From Rebecca billardiae RCC1528 (taxonomy: Eukaryota; Protista; Haptophyta), in NCBI GenBank assembly GCA_965240325.2, contig OZ251232.1:434001-498000 (forward strand): 64,000 nucleotides of DNA, read 5' to 3'. Below the pieces are notes generated by a model that saw nothing but the letters and a program-made list of their open reading frames with translations, searched no databases and was not told the origin of the DNA. The translations under genes and the position numbers were made by a program. Each line of letters opens with the position of its first letter. Position 1 is the stretch's first letter. This document shows positions 35,477 through 45,855 of the stretch, piece by piece.

Positions 35477-36538
35477 TGAGCTGGCGTGCTGCTGCTCCTT
35501 CTGCACGGTGACGACGACGGGCGTGGGAGGGCCTGGTTGCGCTGACAAGGTTTGACGACGCGGGACGAGGCGTACATCATGTAGCGCCGCAGGCAGCGCC
35601 CGCCGCAGCGGATGATGCGACGCATCTTATCAGCGCATCATCATCAGACGCGCAGCAGCCGTGATGATCGATCAGCGCCGCGCGCCATCGATCTATCATA
35701 CGACTTATCATCGTCATCAGAACGCAGTAATACTAGTATAGGCATATAAGCATGCATCGTCATCGGCCGTAGTCTGCGCCATTCGATCGAGCTGTCGCCT
35801 GTTGTCGCTGTCGATACTCGATCGCGGCGCATGCAGCGCCGGACAGTCGTCTGCCGGTCGGGTCTCGGGACCAGCGCGCGGCGTCAGCGCGGCCAACTAC
35901 AGCCAACCGAGGCAACAGCATGATCTGCTGGCTGACTGCGCGACTTGCATCGTCACTGGCTGAGCCGAAGATCGACGGTAGCAGCAGTCATCAGAATATT
36001 GTACAGTTAGTCGTCTGACGATGTATCGTTATTGTCGCGACGATGATCATCATCACTGCTCGTCGCGTCAGCCTCGTCAGGATATGCCGCATTTAAAAAT
36101 ATGCGCGCATGCCATCGACGTTCATCACTCAGTGAGTCTAACTCTAAGTGACTCAGCAGTAGTCATATGACGATATATAAGAATCGTCTTAGTAAGTTCA
36201 CGTCGCGCATCGTCGATATGCCGCGTCACAATAGTATATACGACGACTATTATTCCTGATGATGATGAATAATTATAATATATATTATAATTAATAATAT
36301 ATATTTATTAAAGTATATTATTATTATAATAGCCGATCGGCACTGCAGTCTCACGGCAGACTTCTTGTCCGGGCCTCATCGACATCAGGCGACGATCAAC
36401 AGCGCAGATACGCGTCTGCTGCTTTGGCGACTACGATGATGCGCCATCTGATCCATTCCGGATCACACGGGCGTCGTCGGGCCGTCGTCTTATTGCGCGC
36501 GTCGCACGTGTACGATCCGACGATGTCATGGCAATCCG

Positions 36539-37309
36539 TCAAGCGCCAGGCTCATTGCGACCAGCCTGAGTGCTTGCAGTGGTGGGTGAAATCTCTGCCA
36601 TGAGCAGGACAGCTGCGCGAGAAAGCGCCGCCGTCCACTTTGGCATCGACTGCCGCCACCACCGCCGCGCCCGCGCGACGAGGGCCCCCGGCCCGCCCCG
36701 CCTTCCGCTGAGCAGCCCGCCCTGCCGCGGGTTGTACTTCCGGAAGGAGATGCACCAGAGCGGCGCAGAGCGTGAGGGCTGCAGCCGGCCGCCACGGATC
36801 GTCCCGTACGCCATGGCCTGCACCGTGAGGTTATTCGGTGCCCAGCCAAACCCTTGCCACATGTAGGGCTGGATGCGCACGACCGTCTCTGTCACCTCAT
36901 GCGTGCATCGCCTTGCGTACGTGCCGCACGGGTTGACAGCCGCGCGACTTGTCGCCGCGCGCGCAGGCGACGAGTCGGCGCACGTGTCTTGCGGGAAGGA
37001 GCCGAAGATGCTGAGCGCATAGTTGAACACCCGCGACGAGGAATTGAGCGAGACCATGTAGCTGTCGAGTGTCTGGCCGCACAGCTGCCGGCCTGGCGAC
37101 CAGCGGATGATGAGATGCGTCTCATTCACGAACGGCAGCTCCCAGCGCTCGTGCTGGGCCTCCGGCTGCGCGCCCAGCGTGTCAATGTGCGCGACATCGT
37201 TGCAAAAGCCAGCTTGCACGCACGACGTCGGAGAGCTGCAGTAGTCGCCAGCGGCGCGCGCGACGAGCGCCGACGCCACGAGTAGGGCCAGGGGAGGGAA
37301 TCTCGTCAT
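36539..37309 (-). CDS. Secreted Cys-rich protein of unknown function, paralog A
   Basis: Signal peptide MTRFPPLALLVASALVARAAG; aligns with 37907..38725 over about 180 aa. Confidence 0.8.
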   Translation of the reverse strand: MTRFPPLALLVASALVARAAGDYCSSPTSCVQAGFCNDVAHIDTLGAQPEAQHERWELPFVNETHLIIRWSPGRQLCGQTLDSYMVSLNSSSRVFNYALSIFGSFPQDTCADSSPARAATSRAAVNPCGTYARRCTHEVTETVVRIQPYMWQGFGWAPNNLTVQAMAYGTIRGGRLQPSRSAPLWCISFRKYNPRQGGLLSGRRGGPGALVARARRWWRQSMPKWTAALSRAAVLLMAEISPTTASTQAGRNEPGA

Positions 37310-37466
37310 CCCAGCAGAACAGCTCTGCCGGCTTCGTGCTTGCTCAGCCGGGCGGTCCCTCCCCGAAGCTGCGAGGAACCGGGTGTGGCATCATTGTTGT
37401 TGTCAGTTGACGTCAGATAAGTCGCGACTCGCGACGACGAAACGAACTACCAGTAGTAGGTAGTAT

Positions 37467-37516
37467 GTACAGTTTACTAAGAATAAGAGACGCACACAGC
37501 TCAGGCAGGCGAGATT
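37467..37516 (+). repeat. Dispersed ~50-bp repeat, copy 2
   Basis: Identical to 15792-15841. Confidence 0.85.
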
Positions 37517-37906
37517 ACACAGTGTGGGTACTGTACTTACTCTCAATCGCGATTACGATATTCTCGGCCAGTTCTTCATTGGCACACTTTGGCAGGCCTT
37601 CAGTCTTCACAATCATCAAGCTCGACAGCATGCTGTACTTTAGTTGATGTTTAGTTGATGTCGTAAGTATGTTATGGATACATCGTAAGCCAAACTGCAT
37701 CGACACCCCCCGCATTCCTTTGGGTTGGCCGCCGTGCCCGTGGCAGGCTCCTCGGGGCCTGGACCCGGCACGGCATCATTGTACGGTCAACGATCGGCGC
37801 CTATAGTCATGCGGCAGCGCGACACGTACGTCGACCAGCTCCCGCGACCCTCCAGAGAGACCCCTTGGAAGTTCGAAGAGTGACATCAGGGTGGATGAGA
37901 GATAAA

Positions 37907-38725
37907 TCAAGGGAAACCCCGGCCGCCGCTGAAAGGCGATCCTTGGTTGAACGGTGCGCCCGGCCCCGCCCACGCACCAGGCCCAGGGCGGAACGGCTGC
38001 TGCCCGGGGAACCCAGGCGGCCCGCGCGTCCACCGTTTGACAGGCCGCCGACGAGGCGGGAAGGCCCCGCCTGGGAAGGGTTGGCCGAACGGTTGGCCGA
38101 ACGGATGGCCGAACGGCTGTCGCGACGGTGGCTGCGACAGCTGCTGCGGGTTGTACTTGCGCATCGCAAGGCACCAGAGGGGCACGGTCACTGCCTGTCT
38201 GTGGGCCTTGGACGGCTTGAGCTTTGCGTGCGCCATGATTCCGACGGTGAGGTTGAGCGGCGCCAGCCGGAACGCCTCCCACACATAGCTGTTGATGCTG
38301 ATCACCTTCTCGGTCACCACGTCCGTGCAGTTGACGGACCTGAACGTGCTGCATGGGCTGTCCTGCTGCAACTCCTGCAGCGCGGCGGAGCCAGGCGCAC
38401 ATGCGTCCTGGGGGAAGCCACCGAAGAGGCTGGTCATCGTGTTGAGCAAGGGAGACGTCGAGTTCATCGTGAGGACGTAACTGGTCCGTGTCTCGCCGCA
38501 CAGCTGCGGCACCGGTCGCCAACTCGTCAAGCAGTGCGTCTGGTTGAGCTTGGGCCGTTGCCATCGCTCGCCCTGCACCGCGGGCTGCGCATCGAGCACC
38601 TCAGGATGTGCCAGGTCGTTGCAGAACCCCACCTTCACGCAGTACGTCGGCGTGTAGCAGAAGTCACCCGCCGATGCACCCAGGATCCACACGGCGAGGA
38701 GCACCGGCTGCGTGGGCAGGCGCAT
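37907..38725 (-). CDS. Secreted Cys-rich protein of unknown function, paralog B, with QPFG/PG-rich tail
   Basis: Signal peptide MRLPTQPVLLAVWILGASAG; GDFCYTPTYCVKVGFCND versus GDYCSSPTSCVQAGFCND in paralog A; shared PLWC...RKYNP. Confidence 0.8.
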   Translation of the reverse strand: MRLPTQPVLLAVWILGASAGDFCYTPTYCVKVGFCNDLAHPEVLDAQPAVQGERWQRPKLNQTHCLTSWRPVPQLCGETRTSYVLTMNSTSPLLNTMTSLFGGFPQDACAPGSAALQELQQDSPCSTFRSVNCTDVVTEKVISINSYVWEAFRLAPLNLTVGIMAHAKLKPSKAHRQAVTVPLWCLAMRKYNPQQLSQPPSRQPFGHPFGQPFGQPFPGGAFPPRRRPVKRWTRGPPGFPGQQPFRPGPGAWAGPGAPFNQGSPFSGGRGFP

Positions 38726-38985
38726 GGGCGGCTTGCGCGCTTGGGCGGCTCCCAGTCCACCTCCCCGCGCGGAGCACGCACCGAAGAGCGGCCGTGCAGC
38801 TGGATGCGCGGGGCTGCTTCGGCCGACTGCGTGCCGCCGAGTCGTACTCGCAGGGGGAGGCGGCAGAGACCGGCACGCGCAGAACCCCGGGCCCCGGCTC
38901 CCCGCAGCATCCGCGTCGTTGCTCCCGGAATCGCCCCTTGCCGGAGCAAGCGCCGCGGTCGATCGCCGCCTCGCCGACTGACACG

Positions 38986-39900
38986 ATGATCTCTCGGGCG
39001 ATGTCGACGTCCGCGCGATGGCCGCTCCTGGTGACCCCGGCGTGGCTGCACGCCCGGCTGCCGGACCCATCTATCGTCGTGCTCGACTGCTCGTGGCACA
39101 TGCCGCAGGTGAAGCGCTGCGGCAGGACCGAGTTTGCGGAGGCCGCGATCCCCAGCGCGCGCTTCTTTGACGTGGACGGCACGAGCGACCGCGCGTCGCC
39201 GCTCCCGCACATGCTGGCCGCGGCGGAGGAGTTTGAGCAGCACGTCGCAGAGCTCGGGATCGATGCCTCGCAGCACCTCGTGTGCTACGACAGCACGGGC
39301 ATCTTCTCCGCTCCGCGCGCATGGTGGACGTTCCGTGTGCATGGCCACGAAGCGGTCTCCGTCCTGGACGGCGGGCTGCCCGCATGGCGTGCCGCTGGCT
39401 TCCAGACCGCACCGGGCGCGGCGCCCCCGGCTCCACGAAGCGGCCAGCCGCCGTGGAAGTCGCGCGGCATCGACTCCTCACTCGTGCGCTCGATTGAGGA
39501 CGTACGAGCGCTGGTGGCCAACGAGTGCAGCAGCGCGCAGGTCGTGGACGCACGCGCGTCGCCCCGGTTTCAAGGCACTGCGCCTGAGCCGCGGCCTGAG
39601 TGTGTCAGTGGGCACATGCCGGGCTCGAACAACTTGCCGTTCTCCGAACTGCTCGAGCCGGTCCCCGGCGCCGACGCTGGCACGCAGCTGGCCACCACGG
39701 AGAAGCTGAAGGCAGCTTTCGAGCGCGCTGGCGTGCGCAGCGCCGAGCCGTTTGTCGCGAGCTGCGGCAGCGGCATGACTGCGTGTGTCATCGCCCTGGC
39801 CGCTGCGCAGCTCGGCAACCAGCGCGTCGCCGTGTACGACGGCAGCTGGTCGGAGTGGGGCGCGCGCAAGGACACGCCCATCGTCAAACAGGGTGATTGA
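38986..39900 (+). CDS. 3-mercaptopyruvate/thiosulfate sulfurtransferase (two rhodanese domains)
   Basis: LVTPAWL, VLDCSWHMP, LPHML, SAPRAWWTF, VLDGGL, GHMPGS, active-site CGSGMTA, YDGSWSEW. Confidence 0.93.
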   Translation: MISRAMSTSARWPLLVTPAWLHARLPDPSIVVLDCSWHMPQVKRCGRTEFAEAAIPSARFFDVDGTSDRASPLPHMLAAAEEFEQHVAELGIDASQHLVCYDSTGIFSAPRAWWTFRVHGHEAVSVLDGGLPAWRAAGFQTAPGAAPPAPRSGQPPWKSRGIDSSLVRSIEDVRALVANECSSAQVVDARASPRFQGTAPEPRPECVSGHMPGSNNLPFSELLEPVPGADAGTQLATTEKLKAAFERAGVRSAEPFVASCGSGMTACVIALAAAQLGNQRVAVYDGSWSEWGARKDTPIVKQGD

Positions 39901-40050
39901 GCCTGCTGCCGGCGCCACTGGCCGCAAGTCGAGTGACGTACTCACTACTGACTCTCGGCGCGTCCAGATCCGGGGTCTGGCTGTGGTCTGTGCCCGATCC
40001 GTGTCGCGTCTACGGTAGTAGCTAGCACGCGCAGAACGATCAGACGAGAA

Positions 40051-40094
40051 GCACACAGCTAGCTCAGGCAGGCGAGCAGATTGACGACGCCCGC
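40051..40094 (+). repeat. Degenerate partial copy of the dispersed repeat, carrying three micro-duplications
   Basis: GCACACAGCT[AGCT]CAGGCAGGCGA[GCA]GATTGAC[GAC]GCCCGC versus GCACACAGCTCAGGCAGGCGAGATTGACGCCCGC in copy 1. Confidence 0.7.
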
Positions 40095-40212
40095 TAATAA
40101 ATAAGTGTCTGACGATGATTTAATAATAATAATAATCAGCGCGCAATATAGACGATATATATATATAATCAATATATATATATTGATTATATTATTATTG
40201 TAATACTTATTA

Positions 40213-42070
40213 TTATTCAGGCAGGAGGTCCTTCTCGTCGTCCGCAGGGTCGACCGTCTTGGCCAGGATCGTCTTAGGCTGCGTCTTGGCGTACGCGTTC
40301 GTCCACAGCGGGTCCTTCTCCGCGAGCTCGGCGTACTTGAGGATCGCCTCGCGCGGGTCCTCGTCACGGAACGCGTTGAGGTTGCGGTCGACCGTCTTGA
40401 TCAGCGCGTGCTGGAAGCCCTCCGTGACGCGGCCGCCGATGCCCACGCCGGGCGGCGGCTGCAGCGGCTTCTTGGTCGCGATCTCGCGCTCGCGCTCGCG
40501 CTCGCGCCCGCGCTTGCGCGAGCGCTGCGGGCCCTCGCGGAAGAGCGGAAGCGCGTGCGGCGCGATCGCGTTGGCGGCCTCGAGCGCCGCCGCGTCGCCC
40601 ATCTCGACCTGCCGCCGCTTGGGCGCGCGCACGTTGCACAGCAGCACGCCCCGCTCGGACATGGCCGGGTCGTAGAGCGCGTACGTCACGCCATCCGAGC
40701 CGCCGACGAAGATCTGGTTGAGGCGCGGGTGCCAGGCGAGGCCGGCGACCGACGCGCTGGCGCCCAGCGGCTCGCGCATCGGCGGCGCGTCCAGCGCGCG
40801 CGCGGAGCACGCCACGATGTGCGCTTCGGCCGCGTCCGAGCCGACGCCCGGCGCCGCGCCGCGCGCGGCGCGCTCGATCGAGGTGCCTGCGTGCGCGTGG
40901 CGCGCGCGGGGGGCGGGGGGCGCGGCGGTCCGTGCACGGCCGCGCGGCTCGCGCGCGCGCCGCGTGCGGCGCCGCGCGCGCGCGCGCGCACCGGTGCACA
41001 CAAACTCCCCGCTTGGGCTCCACACGCACGGCGCCGTGGAGAAGAGGGTGGGCAGGTCGCCCCACGCGGCGAGCGGCTCGGCGGCGGCCATCCTGCCGCC
41101 CGCGAGCGCGGAGGCGTCTGCCGAGGCGCGCAGCATGCGCACGTCCCACAGCTTGAGCGTCCCGTCGCCGACGCCGCCGCGCGAGGCGAAAATGTTGCCC
41201 GCGGCGCTGCCCGCGGACGCGGGGGCCCACTTGACGCACGCGGCGCCGCAGCCCTGCTCGTGCGCGCCCCGCGCGACGAGCTGCGCGCGCGTGTCGTGGT
41301 GCCGCACGTCCCACAGCTGCGCGGTGCCGTCTGCCGCGCTCAGCACGACAACCCGCCCGTCCTGGTGCCTGCGCGCACGCGCGCGGCGCCGCGGCGCGCG
41401 GGAGGCCGGCGCTGGTGAGCGCACTGGGGCGCGCGGCTCGCGCGCGCCGCGGGGGCCGGACGCGCGGGCGCGCGCGCACCAATCGAAAGCGGTGACGGCT
41501 GTGCGCTGGCCGCGGTCGTCGCGCACGGGGAATGCGCGGAGCTGGCCCGACGTCGGGTTGAGCGAGCGCTTGTCGTCGCGCTTGCTTGCCACCTCCACGT
41601 CCCACGTGCGCAGCGTCGAGTCCTCCGACGCGGTCGCGATCGTGAGCGGCTCGGTCGGGTGCCAGCGCACGCACGTGAGCGCCGCGACGTGGCCTCTCGT
41701 GTTGCGCAGGTCGCGCAGGTACATGTCGCCGCGCATGAGCGTGCACAGCTCCTTGCCGTCGCGGTCGTACAGCCGCGCCTGCGGCGACGACGCGCCCACG
41801 ACGAAGTTGGACGCGGTGGGCGACCAGTCGATCGAGCGCAGCTGGTACGAGCCCAGCGGCTCCTCGAATTGACGAAACGGCCGCAGGTCGGAGGACATGC
41901 CGTTGAAGTCGTACATGCGCATGCCGTAGTCGGAGGAGCCGGTGACCATGCGCGCGCCGGGCTGGTCGAGCGAGACGACGGTGACCGACTTGCTGTGCCC
42001 GCGGATGCCGACGAGGTGCGAGATGGGCAGCCGCTGCCGATGGCGGTCAAGGCCATCCTCCTCCTCGTCG

Positions 42071-42110
<40 letters not shown>

Positions 42111-43272
42111 TCGCGCCGGCGCCGCCCGCGCCCGCGCCGCCTCCGGCTGCAAAGCCCGGAGGCATCGGCGGCCCGACCAAGTCCTCCTCCTCGTCCTCCG
42201 CCTCGCCGACGCCCGCAGCGCCCGGCTGCGCCGCGGCAAACCCCGGCGGCAGCGGGGGCCCGACCACGTCCTCCTCCTCCTCCGCCTCCTCGCCATCTGC
42301 CGGGCTGCTGCCCGCGCCGCTGCCGCCGCCGCCGCCGCTGCTGCCGCCGCCGCCTGGCGAGGACATCCGCCGGCCGCCTGAAGGCTCGGTCTGTGCGGTG
42401 AGCAGCGACGGGGATCGCGTGCTGCCGTTCGCGGGGGCAGCCCTCGGCGGCGGCGGCAGCATCAGCCGGGCGTGCGCTGCGCCGTTCTGAGCCGCAGCCT
42501 CGGCTGCGCCCTCCGCTGCGTCGTCCTCTGCATCCGCGACGCGCACGTCGGCCGCGGGCGCATCCGCCGCCACGCCGAGCCCGTCGCCGACGCGCGCGGC
42601 GAGCTGGATGCGCGTGGCCCCTTGCTTCCCGCGCCGCTGCGCCCGCGCCGCCTTCCCGCCGCCGGCTGCTTCGGCCGCGCCGCCGTCGGCCGCGCCCGTA
42701 CGCCTGAAGGCCCCGTGCTTCTCGTCGAGGCTCTTCTCAGGGCCGGCTGTGCGCTTGCCGAACGCGCTGGGCAGGCCGTACATCTCCTGCAGCTCGGCGT
42801 CGTCGTCGGCGGGAGGCTCGGGTGCGCGCGTGCCAGTGGCCGAGACGCCACCGCCGTCGTGATCGGGCTCGCTCGCCGGGCGCGGCTGCGGTCCGCGCAC
42901 CGCGCGCGGCGCGCCGGTCGCTGGAGCAGGCGTCTGCCGCACGAGCGGCACGAGGGGCACACCCTCCGTGGAGTACTCGCGCTCAGACTGGCCGAGGGTG
43001 AAGCTCACACCGTCGAAGAGGCGCATCGGCTGGTTCGGCGCGAGAGGCTGCCCCGCGTACCGCGTGCCATGCACGGAGCCGAGGTCCGTCACGTAGTAGC
43101 AGCCGTCCTCCGCGAGCGTGATCGCGACGTGCTTGCGCGAGAGCGAGGTGTGGTCGTCGATGCACAGGTCGCTCTCGACGCTCCGCCCAACGACCCAGCG
43201 GCCGCTCTCGCCGCGTAGCTCGAGCGTCGCCACCACCTCGCCCGCCTTCCTCCCGACGAGCCTGGGCGCCAT
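40213..43272 (-). CDS. WDR70: WD repeat protein 70 with N-terminal FHA domain; introns 41369-41479 and 40887-40991
   Basis: FHA: VVGR..SDL....[17 protein letters not shown]70: LPISH..GHSKSV, YDFNGM...[55 protein letters not shown]. Both introns are 3n and stop-free. Confidence 0.88.
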
Positions 43273-43493
43273 GGGTGGCCGCCCGTGCAGTGGTCAATGC
43301 CTCCGCGTCGTCGCCGCCTTTCCCAGGACCGCAACCCCCCCTTTCATTCCTTTGGTCATTCTTCTTGGTCTACCCAGTCCGGGATATTCGCCAACCGAGC
43401 GGAAGGACTGACACACTCGTGCAGGAAGTGAAAGCCTTCCACGGCCATCGCGGCCGTGGACCGTCAGGGCCGACCGCTGAAGGACCGCGCGCG

Positions 43494-44195
43494 ATGGATG
43501 CTTCCCCTCCAGCGAAGCAGCACCATCAGTTCAAGCTGGTCGTGCTGGGCGAGGTCGCCGTCGGCAAGTCCAGCCTCGTCTTCCGCTTCGTACGAGGCCG
43601 TTTTCTTGACTCGCACGAGCCGACGATCGGCGCGAGCTTCTTGGCAAAGACCGTGGATGTCGACGGTGTACCAGTGAAGCTGGAGCTGTGGGATACGGCT
43701 GGGCAGGAGAGATATCAGTCACTGGCGCCCATGTATTTTCGTGGGGCCGCGGCAGCCATGATTGTCTTCGACATCACCGAGAGAGGCAGTTTTGACCGCG
43801 CACGCTCTTGGGTCGATCGCCTGCGAGAGCAAGCGCAGACCAACATTGTGATCGCTCTGGTGCGTGGCTGTGCGCGCTTGCGCGCTCGCGCGCTTGCGCG
43901 CTCTGACCCCAGCCCCAATCCTGCGCCACCACGCTTCGGCCGCGCGCAGGTGGGCAACAAATGCGATCTCGAGGAATCTCGCGCGGTCAGCACGCAGGAG
44001 GCATACGAGTACGCAGACTCCAACGGGCTCCTCTTCATGGAGACGTCCGCGAAGACCGCCGAGAACGTGTTCGAAGTGTTCGACATGATCGCGTCCATGC
44101 TGCCCGGGCTGGCAGGAGGTGGCAGACCGCAGTCGCTGCGTCTGAACGACATGAATTTGTCGGCGCGGGATCAGCAGCGAAGGCCATGCTGCTGA
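43494..44195 (+). CDS. RAB5: Rab5-family GTPase; join(43494..43859,43950..44195)
   Basis: [47 protein letters not shown]|[15 protein letters not shown]-terminal CC. 90-bp in-frame intron. Confidence 0.9.
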   Translation: MDASPPAKQHHQFKLVVLGEVAVGKSSLVFRFVRGRFLDSHEPTIGASFLAKTVDVDGVPVKLELWDTAGQERYQSLAPMYFRGAAAAMIVFDITERGSFDRARSWVDRLREQAQTNIVIALVRGCARLRARALARSDPSPNPAPPRFGRAQVGNKCDLEESRAVSTQEAYEYADSNGLLFMETSAKTAENVFEVFDMIASMLPGLAGGGRPQSLRLNDMNLSARDQQRRPCC

Positions 44196-44899
44196 CTGCT
44201 ACACTCCGTGCTACCGTCGTATCGGTCAGAACTCAGTCTGAGTGACTGCGGGCGGACGAGCTGTTGCATGACTACCGTGACGACGCGCGTATTATACCGC
44301 TAGCGCAACTATGTTACTACAGCATACCGTATCATCTACTACGCGTAATTACTTAAATATAATTGTTATTAATATTATTTTTAAATACACTTAAAAAAAC
44401 TCGTTCGGCCCGCCGTGATGTCGTCGTCAGACATCCGGACGATGAATAACCGCGGCGGGTCGTCTAGCAGTCCGTAGCGTATGCGGTATATTCTGTCATC
44501 TGTGAGAGTGACGTCGGCTGACGGCCGCGCCCGCGCGGACCGACCGCCGGGCTGCACCGCAGGCCAAGCCCAAGGTCCAGCAAGGATGAGGAGGACTGAC
44601 TTGGCGCAGGCATCGGGCGTGGCGGGTAGCTTAGCGGCTTGCACATCGGCGCCCGACGGCCCGGGCCCGTAGGCCCGCACCGGGCCTCGCGCGGCCCACG
44701 GGCCGGAGCCAACGCCAGTAGGCGTCACATACGTAATCCGAATCGGCTGGTACCCGGTCTCGTCCGTCGATAGCCGCTGCGGACACAATACCCGGCCGTG
44801 CTGCGTGCCCATTTGACCCGGCAAAGTCCGCACACCCGGTGGACGAGTAGCCCAGGTGCGGCCGGGACGCCCGGGTGCCGGTGGTCAGCAGCGAGAACG

Positions 44900-45724
44900 T
44901 CAGCCGCTTTGACAAGCCTGCGACGACCGGCCAGCTGGCTCGACTCGTGACGCCAGGCGGTCCGATGATTGCCTGTCGCGCATAGCATGAAAGACGCGGT
45001 ACTTACCGAGAGGGCTCACCTCCACCGGTGCGGCCCAGAGCGCGGAGGCTGCGCTGCCCGCAGGCTGAGCCGTCAGGGCCATGCCACCGCCGGCGTCAAG
45101 CGCCGCCAGGCTTTCCGCAGCGACGCTCGCAGCCTGTCCACCCTCGGATGAGCAGTGCTGGTCTAGCAGTGGCAGAACCACGCTGGCTTGAGAGAGGGAG
45201 ATGGCGACAAAGTGCCCACCGGGCTTGAGCACGCGCAGCACCTCGGTCATGTATCGCGAGACGTCAGAGTCGAACGCGTCGCCGCACATGAGCGCATCCA
45301 AAGTGCCCTTGTCCACGACGGCATCGACCGAGGTGTCTTCGAGTGGCAGGGCGCGCACATCCATCACCTCCCAGGACAGCCGCTCCTGTGGGCCCGTGCG
45401 CTCTCGGCCATGTGTGATGCATGCTTCCGAGAAGTCTGCGTTGATCACGCGCCAACCCTCGTCACAGAGCGCCTCGCCAAGCCTGCTTGTGCCGCAGCCC
45501 GCGACAAGGATACAGCCGCCACTCCGCGGTGGTTGCTCGATGCGCGCTTGGACTGCAGGGAGCGCGACGTCCACCTCGACAAGCCATTCTGCCGGGGGCG
45601 CAGTGCCGCCGGACCGTGCTCCCGCGTATGCGCTGTTCCAGTACGATCTCAACGAAAAGTTCTCCGCACCAACCGCGGCCAGCACGATTGTCAAGCAGAG
45701 CGCTCGGCGCACACCCACCCCCAT
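44900..45724 (-). CDS. Class I SAM-dependent methyltransferase, EEF1AKMT4/METTL13-N-like
   Basis: YWNSAY..EW, ILVAGCGTSRLGEAL, NADFS, VMDVR, DAVVDKGTLDALMCG, RVLKPGG. Confidence 0.85.
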   Translation of the reverse strand: MGVGVRRALCLTIVLAAVGAENFSLRSYWNSAYAGARSGGTAPPAEWLVEVDVALPAVQARIEQPPRSGGCILVAGCGTSRLGEALCDEGWRVINADFSEACITHGRERTGPQERLSWEVMDVRALPLEDTSVDAVVDKGTLDALMCGDAFDSDVSRYMTEVLRVLKPGGHFVAISLSQASVVLPLLDQHCSSEGGQAASVAAESLAALDAGGGMALTAQPAGSAASALWAAPVEVSPLGKYRVFHAMRDRQSSDRLASRVEPAGRSSQACQSG

Positions 45725-45855
45725 CGTGGGCGTCAACCCGGGTCGTGCATGCAAGTCCGGCCAGGCGGCGAGACCTGTGCCAAAGTCCGGTGCGCGCCGG
45801 CTTCAACCGCCCTGGGCGTGAGCTGGCGGCGCTCGCGCGTGTTTTCGTCGCGACG

